DNA of 64,000 nt from Bacteroidota bacterium (GTDB taxonomy: Bacteria > Bacteroidota > Ignavibacteria > UBA10030 > SZUA-254): the NCBI GenBank assembly GCA_020056225.1, contig JAGVIE010000020.1:6331-70330 (forward strand). The letters run 5' to 3'. Positions 60,401-64,000 of this stretch are shown piece after piece (position 1 is the stretch's first letter; the number at the start of each line of letters is the position of its first letter). A model generated the notes under the pieces. The model was not told where the DNA came from and ran no database searches. It worked only from the letters and a program-made list of their open reading frames with translations. The position numbers were made by a program, and so were the translations under genes.

Positions 60401-60695
60401 CAAAATAAGATCTATTATGCGGCGGCGCATCGAGAGTTTTTTTTGCCGGAAGTGAAAGATCGAACTTTCCATCACCTGTTGTCCTGTCATCGGAATCTGC
60501 CGGGAACTCGACCATAACGGCAAGTACGTTGATAGAGGATTCTGGATTTGCAACCCGAAGAAGTTGCGGTATGTCCGATGGATTGTCATTTCTCTCAAGC
60601 GTCAGCGAATGATTAAAAACGGGAATCTCTTTTGTTTGTCCTTGAAGCGATACGGCAAGCAGTAACAGTAACGAAAGAGTTTTTATGGTTTTCAT
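57441..60695 (-). CDS. T9SS cargo protein with a degenerate M6 (InhA-like) metallopeptidase-like N-domain, FG-GAP/VCBS-type repeats and a C-terminal T9SS sorting domain
   Basis: 1084 aa with a signal peptide. The N-terminal VLAVMVEFPADSD is M6-like. ...LAASVGSYLGLPDLF... occupies the place of the M6 HEXXHxLGLPDEY zinc motif. Asp-rich repeats are DLNGDGQKDILV, DIDDDGQKDIIVFSG and DIDGNGTLDIVAV. The C-terminus is ...HIRIFDPAGDLV...SGIYFVHIDASG...IIKIAVVK (type-A CTD). Confidence 0.6.
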   Translation of the reverse strand: MKTIKTLSLLLLLAVSLQGQTKEIPVFNHSLTLERNDNPSDIPQLLRVANPESSINVLAVMVEFPADSDDRTTGDGKFDLSLPAKKTLDAPPHNRSYFESHLTFLENYFRKASDGKLAVHTTLIDSVIRVPNPMRFYSPQKSSTNNIELGYLMRDTWHAVDSLVQLHLLDISYSQYNAFLIFHAGAGRDIDLVNVYGYDPTPFDIPSIYLNGKSLQKMNPDWSNGFPVTMGNTTFNITNSMILPETETREQVPFPLSINGLLAASVGSYLGLPDLFNTKTGRSGIGRFGLMDGQSIFSWNGAFPPEPSAWEKKFLGWVQPNIVSSGDTVYNFPAVTLTDSVDTIYQVLISAKEYFLVENRNRDANRDSVKIKMIYNGESIEKSWERDTTGFNADRPDSLYGVITDVDEFDWSLPGGVDSKTKVLYDGGLLIWHIDEVVIDANLGTNSVNADAKHRGVNLMEADGSQDIGQSYDLLQSGSGTENGWALDFWFRGHSALLRKELNAFTPTSYPGSGSNYGANSHIYIGNTTSSDTTGLSYRGSIMKARIKVGDDVIRPLAGFPKNLQRIFAGNSISVADLNGDGQKDILVAANTYGTIAALPGIIAGWQTNGMAIQPYYNSSGILVQTTNQTLKLFFGKPAVGDINADQVQDFGIVGMESFFFSPPKTWFNFYMLRDQNNDSLADDLTKGEIASSGFSSIVMSDSFYCVPNGNLVLVMKRSGNQETHSSVAFPDSSYIRGICVWRQPDEFVITGVYGEIGIFTSAGMIRSRNLSKHLWPGVIAGVISPTIGKMIVTASDDGLVYLLDENLNAMPGFPSSTNGKIYLSPALADIDDDGQKDIIVFSGNKIYTINAVGNLLDNFPIKVATDKSIWSPPIVADIDGNGTLDIVAVTQEGLIVAYDKSGKMATGFPVLGGIGSPAAFYLPADSTGIGIGLAVASDDGYVYAWRTGTVQTISDTARMMPWSQYMHDAQNTGLDESTSPLVPKSNEFMPTALAYNWPNPVGASDDFKTYIRYFLSDDAKVHIRIFDPAGDLVTEFDGPGYGGFDNEISWNVSKIQSGIYFVHIDASGSNKSGYAIIKIAVVK

Positions 60696-60743
60696 ACGAA
60701 CAGATTAAATTTCATAATAGTACGTGAAGAGTCAATACAACAG

Positions 60744-60777
60744 CTATGGAGAAGGTTGCTTTATTCCTTCTCCATAG
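60744..60777. terminator. Perfect 12-bp stem hairpin downstream of porV (terminator-like, weak U-tract)
   Basis: ctatggagaagg(60744-60755)-ttgctttatt-ccttctccatag(60766-60777). On the minus transcript it is followed by CUGUUGUAUUGAC. Confidence 0.35.
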
Positions 60778-60818
60778 TAATTATAATTATTTATGTAATG
60801 ATATAATTATCTTTTTGA

Positions 60819-61985
60819 TTATTCTTCTTGTTCTTCACCGCCCCAACTGATCAGTAAAGTAAAGCGGAGAGTTTCGCTAAGCGGGTGATTCTCTTCGAGA
60901 GTGGAGAGATAGCTAAAATCGAATCCATATATATCGTAGCGGATGCCGGCGCCGAAAGTCATAAACTTTCTGTTTCCATAATCAGGATGTTCGTAGAAAT
61001 ATCCCCATCTCAGGGCAAAGAGCTTCGGCTTACCGTACCAGTATTCCAATCCGCCGGCTACAGTAACCTTCTTCAATCCTCCGGATCCCCACGAACTGAA
61101 TAGTGATTTAGGAAGATTATCCACATACGATTCCTGAACAACTCTGCCGCTGTCATCTTTCACCTGCGGATAGCGTCGTACAAGCATACGGCTGAAGTCA
61201 ACTACCGCTTCCAGATTGTTGAATTCACTTTTCACGATTTTGAATCCCAATCCCAATCTCAAATTAGTCGGTAATGGATCTGCCTGTGATTTTTGGATGT
61301 AGGTTATTTTCGGACCAAGATTCGAGAGGTTCATACCGGCGCTGAAACGATCTTCGATATCACCAACAAGCGGCAGTACTATCGAGGAGGGTTTCCATAG
61401 AGTTCCGATATCGAAGCTTACAGTCGAACCGACACCTTTGATTCCTTGTCCTTGTGACGGATTAGGATCGAGAGCGCTGTAGATGAATCTGATATTCAAC
61501 CCTAAACCCAAATCGGTCGCAACCTTCGTTGAATAGCCGCCGGTTATTGCAAACTCGTATGCTTTGAATGTTCCTAAGTTATTATTCTGGTCATCGCGCC
61601 GTTCAAATGAGCCGAGGTTCAGATAGATGATGCTTCCGGAAACAGTTCCGCCCCAATCCTCGATATTCTGAGTATATGAAAAATATTCATAGAACAAATC
61701 CGAGAGATGAAATTGCGGCAACCAGTTGGAGTGAGTAATGCTTATTTCCTGACCCTTTGCAAAGGCTAGCCCACCCGGATTCCAGTACGAGGCAGATCCA
61801 TCATCACTTAAAGCAGCACCTGCTTCACCCATACCGTCGGCACGAGCGTTTGGCGCAATTAGTAAAAATGGAACTGCAGATTCGCCGCCGCCGCCCGACT
61901 GACCGAATGCCGGTTGTGCGGTAAACACAGCGAGAATCGCGAATATTATAAGAGCAGAGAGTTTCGCATATTTCTTTTGTATCAT
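60819..61985 (-). CDS. porV: PorV (LptO)-like T9SS outer-membrane shuttle β-barrel
   Basis: 388 aa with a signal peptide. The N-terminal AVPFLLIAPNARADGMGEAGAALSDDGSASYWNPGGLAF matches the PorV/FadL-like family start. It is the right size and lies immediately downstream of the porU-like gene. Confidence 0.75.
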   Translation of the reverse strand: MIQKKYAKLSALIIFAILAVFTAQPAFGQSGGGGESAVPFLLIAPNARADGMGEAGAALSDDGSASYWNPGGLAFAKGQEISITHSNWLPQFHLSDLFYEYFSYTQNIEDWGGTVSGSIIYLNLGSFERRDDQNNNLGTFKAYEFAITGGYSTKVATDLGLGLNIRFIYSALDPNPSQGQGIKGVGSTVSFDIGTLWKPSSIVLPLVGDIEDRFSAGMNLSNLGPKITYIQKSQADPLPTNLRLGLGFKIVKSEFNNLEAVVDFSRMLVRRYPQVKDDSGRVVQESYVDNLPKSLFSSWGSGGLKKVTVAGGLEYWYGKPKLFALRWGYFYEHPDYGNRKFMTFGAGIRYDIYGFDFSYLSTLEENHPLSETLRFTLLISWGGEEQEE

Positions 61986-62103
61986 GATGAGAATCCTTTA
62001 AAAAAGGTTATTAAATGATGAAAATACTTCGATTTCTGTTTTGCCTGAGAATTAATTTACCACCTTCGACTTTGAGAAGCAACTTGCCTCAGGATATTTT
62101 AAT

Positions 62104-64000
62104 TTATTTTAAAACGCTAAGCTTGCCGAGCGCTTCGCTTGAAAATCTTCCATCTTGTGTTTTTGCAATAATTTTGTAGAGATAAACACCGTTTGCGGGA
62201 ACATCCCCGTCACGGTCACGGCCATCCCAGGGAATACGCGCAAATTGATTTGCAATATTATTCTGTTTTATCGTTTGAATCAATCTACCGGCTACGGTGT
62301 AAATCTTAACCTGCACATCAATATTAACAACCTGATTGTGGTCGAAGGTGAAAACGGTTGCTGATGAAAATGGGTTCGGATAGTTGAATACATTGAATAT
62401 CTTTAAGCCGTCGCCCGATACAACATTAAACATCGTCTCTTCGGTGGAAGAATTATTATAAGTATCCCACGCGCGCAAACGAAGTTTGTGAGTTCCCTTT
62501 GAAAGAGTCCCCAGAGGATATTCTATGATACCTTCGGCGTACGTATCGAGTTTACTCTTATAATAATCAGAGAGATCGAAACTTTCCGGTTTTTCATCGA
62601 GCCAGGCTTCGAGCCGATGTCCGATGCCTGCCCCGGATGTATTTAGCCCGTTTGAATCGGATAGTTCGGCAATTAGTGTTGGAGATGAACCGACTACGTC
62701 GCCAGGGCGAAAACTTTTACGGTCGAGGTAGAGTTTTATTTGCGGTCCTATGGAATCAAGCGAGGCATCCGGATTTGTACCATTCACTGTAATATTTGTA
62801 AATCCTGCGCCATCAGTTGAATCATTCGAGAAATAAATCGTTATGCGGCCCGGCGAATCACTGTACGCTATATCTTTAGGCACAATAAAATCCGAACGGA
62901 GCAATCCATTCTGAATGCTGTTCTGCCCACGAAAGATAATACTGCCGGACGCCGTGTATGTCATCGTACGATTTATTTCCGGAGCGATAATTTCCGGAGC
63001 GATAAGCTTAATCGATTTGTTCGCATCATACACTACAACCTGCGCCTGCCCCGTGAAATTTATCGGGTTATCTGTTGCGGTATCCCTAACCGTTGCTTTG
63101 AAGGATGCTCGCTCAAGGGCTTTCATTCTGATACTGTCACTGCTTGGGTGATTATTGATACTATCAATCGATGCGACAAGTTTGGGAAACGATAGAACCA
63201 GCGCGGGGTCACCGAGTAAAAAATACTTCCGATCATTATCATCGTTCCGGTCTTGTTTTGTTCTGTACACGATATCTCCTATACGCTGTGACCGTAGCTT
63301 GCCGTATCGAATCGTATCGAGAAGATAATGATAAAATGTTCTATTCAAATCGAAGTTCTGATGTGCATAGACCGGTCGTGTGGCAGAGAAAACGCCGATA
63401 GCGCCTGCATTCGATAAATTTACGAGGATCTCTCCACTGCTTCTATCGCTTAACTGATCGAAGTTGGCATAATTACAGGTTGCCGCAACAAGGAAAAAAT
63501 ATTTTCCTTTGTTATGAAGCAATGGAAAATCGGTTTCCCGGACAAACACGGCCTCGTGGGTCCATAGACGAGGGTTACCGTGACCGGTAAAATTCAGAAT
63601 AAGCGTGCCCTGGTTAATCGCATTTTGAATGGCAGTGTTCACATCGGGTTTTCTTCTTCCGCTTGCCGTGAATACAGTGGGGTAATCGTATAAATAAATT
63701 TTCTTTTTCTCAAAAACCGGAGGAACCATTTTGGAGATATCATCTGCCTGCTGAGTGTGTATTAATCCGTCTGTGATATCACCTGCCTGGGGACCATCGT
63801 CGGCAACGAACGTAAAATTCAATTTCCAAGAATCTGCGATCGATTTTGTTTCGTAATCGATGATCTTATCGACCATGACATTTGCCTCTTCAGAAGTTCT
63901 TGCCGTGAGCCGCCCGATTCCCAAGTTAACCCGGCTACCGCTGAAAAATATTCCATAATCATCGTCGGTTGTATACGTGTATAATTCACGGAACGATTCT
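62104..64000 (-). CDS. porU: PorU-like T9SS C-terminal signal peptidase (C25 gingipain-like fold). The C-terminal ~630 aa is present and the 5' end is beyond the window.
   Basis: The ORF continues upstream past 64000. It has ...LILNFTGHGNPRLW...FFLVAATCNYANFD..., a caspase/C25-like His...Cys arrangement. Its own T9SS CTD is at the end (NVFNYPNPFSSATVF...KIYTVAGRLI...NGVYLYKIIAK...LSVLK). The porU-porV adjacency is conserved in T9SS organisms. Confidence 0.7.
   Translation of the reverse strand, partial: ESFRELYTYTTDDDYGIFFSGSRVNLGIGRLTARTSEEANVMVDKIIDYETKSIADSWKLNFTFVADDGPQAGDITDGLIHTQQADDISKMVPPVFEKKKIYLYDYPTVFTASGRRKPDVNTAIQNAINQGTLILNFTGHGNPRLWTHEAVFVRETDFPLLHNKGKYFFLVAATCNYANFDQLSDRSSGEILVNLSNAGAIGVFSATRPVYAHQNFDLNRTFYHYLLDTIRYGKLRSQRIGDIVYRTKQDRNDDNDRKYFLLGDPALVLSFPKLVASIDSINNHPSSDSIRMKALERASFKATVRDTATDNPINFTGQAQVVVYDANKSIKLIAPEIIAPEINRTMTYTASGSIIFRGQNSIQNGLLRSDFIVPKDIAYSDSPGRITIYFSNDSTDGAGFTNITVNGTNPDASLDSIGPQIKLYLDRKSFRPGDVVGSSPTLIAELSDSNGLNTSGAGIGHRLEAWLDEKPESFDLSDYYKSKLDTYAEGIIEYPLGTLSKGTHKLRLRAWDTYNNSSTEETMFNVVSGDGLKIFNVFNYPNPFSSATVFTFDHNQVVNIDVQVKIYTVAGRLIQTIKQNNIANQFARIPWDGRDRDGDVPANGVYLYKIIAKTQDGRFSSEALGKLSVLK

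Overview
The window is a dense, almost entirely coding bacterial chromosomal segment, with the largest intergenic gap about 350 bp. It looks like a Bacteroidota/FCB-group (Ignavibacteria-like) organism. The evidence is repeated type IX secretion (T9SS) C-terminal sorting domains with an 'LHQNYPNPFNP'-type motif, a Bat aerotolerance operon and PorX/SprA/PorU/PorV homologues; this is inference only.

There are three blocks:

1. Positions 1-15625: a minus-strand Wzx/Wzy-type surface polysaccharide locus. It carries GT2 and GT4 glycosyltransferases, a polyprenyl-phosphate sugar transferase, a Wzy-like polymerase, a Wzx flippase, a Wzz chain-length determinant, a Wza-like SLBB exporter, a possible Wzi-like outer-membrane protein and rfbB/rfbC.

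2. Positions 15830-24250: a complete moxR-DUF58-hypothetical-batA-batB-batC-batD-batE aerotolerance operon on the minus strand. Downstream are two tandem paralogous T9SS cargo genes, a small GIY-YIG gene bounded by GGGAAT-containing palindromes, and then housekeeping genes (argS, rsfS, panC, accD, tsaB, tsaE).

3. Positions 31703-64000: an outer-membrane and T9SS-rich region. It has a TPR-OmpA-TonB cluster, a PorX-like REC-PglZ response regulator next to a 2304-aa SprA-like translocon, lptF/lptG, a translationally coupled four-gene operon of large secreted/outer-membrane proteins, and then porV and a truncated porU. One protein in the four-gene operon is a T9SS cargo whose M6-like metalloprotease motif is degenerate.

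I found no rRNA, tRNA, CRISPR array or obvious integrase/transposase. The four-gene operon between lptFG and porV-porU is the best candidate for an undescribed T9SS-associated module. It is 52773-60695 and encodes a pseudo-M6 FG-GAP cargo, a lipoprotein, an HEXXH/PD40/β-barrel giant and a small secreted protein.
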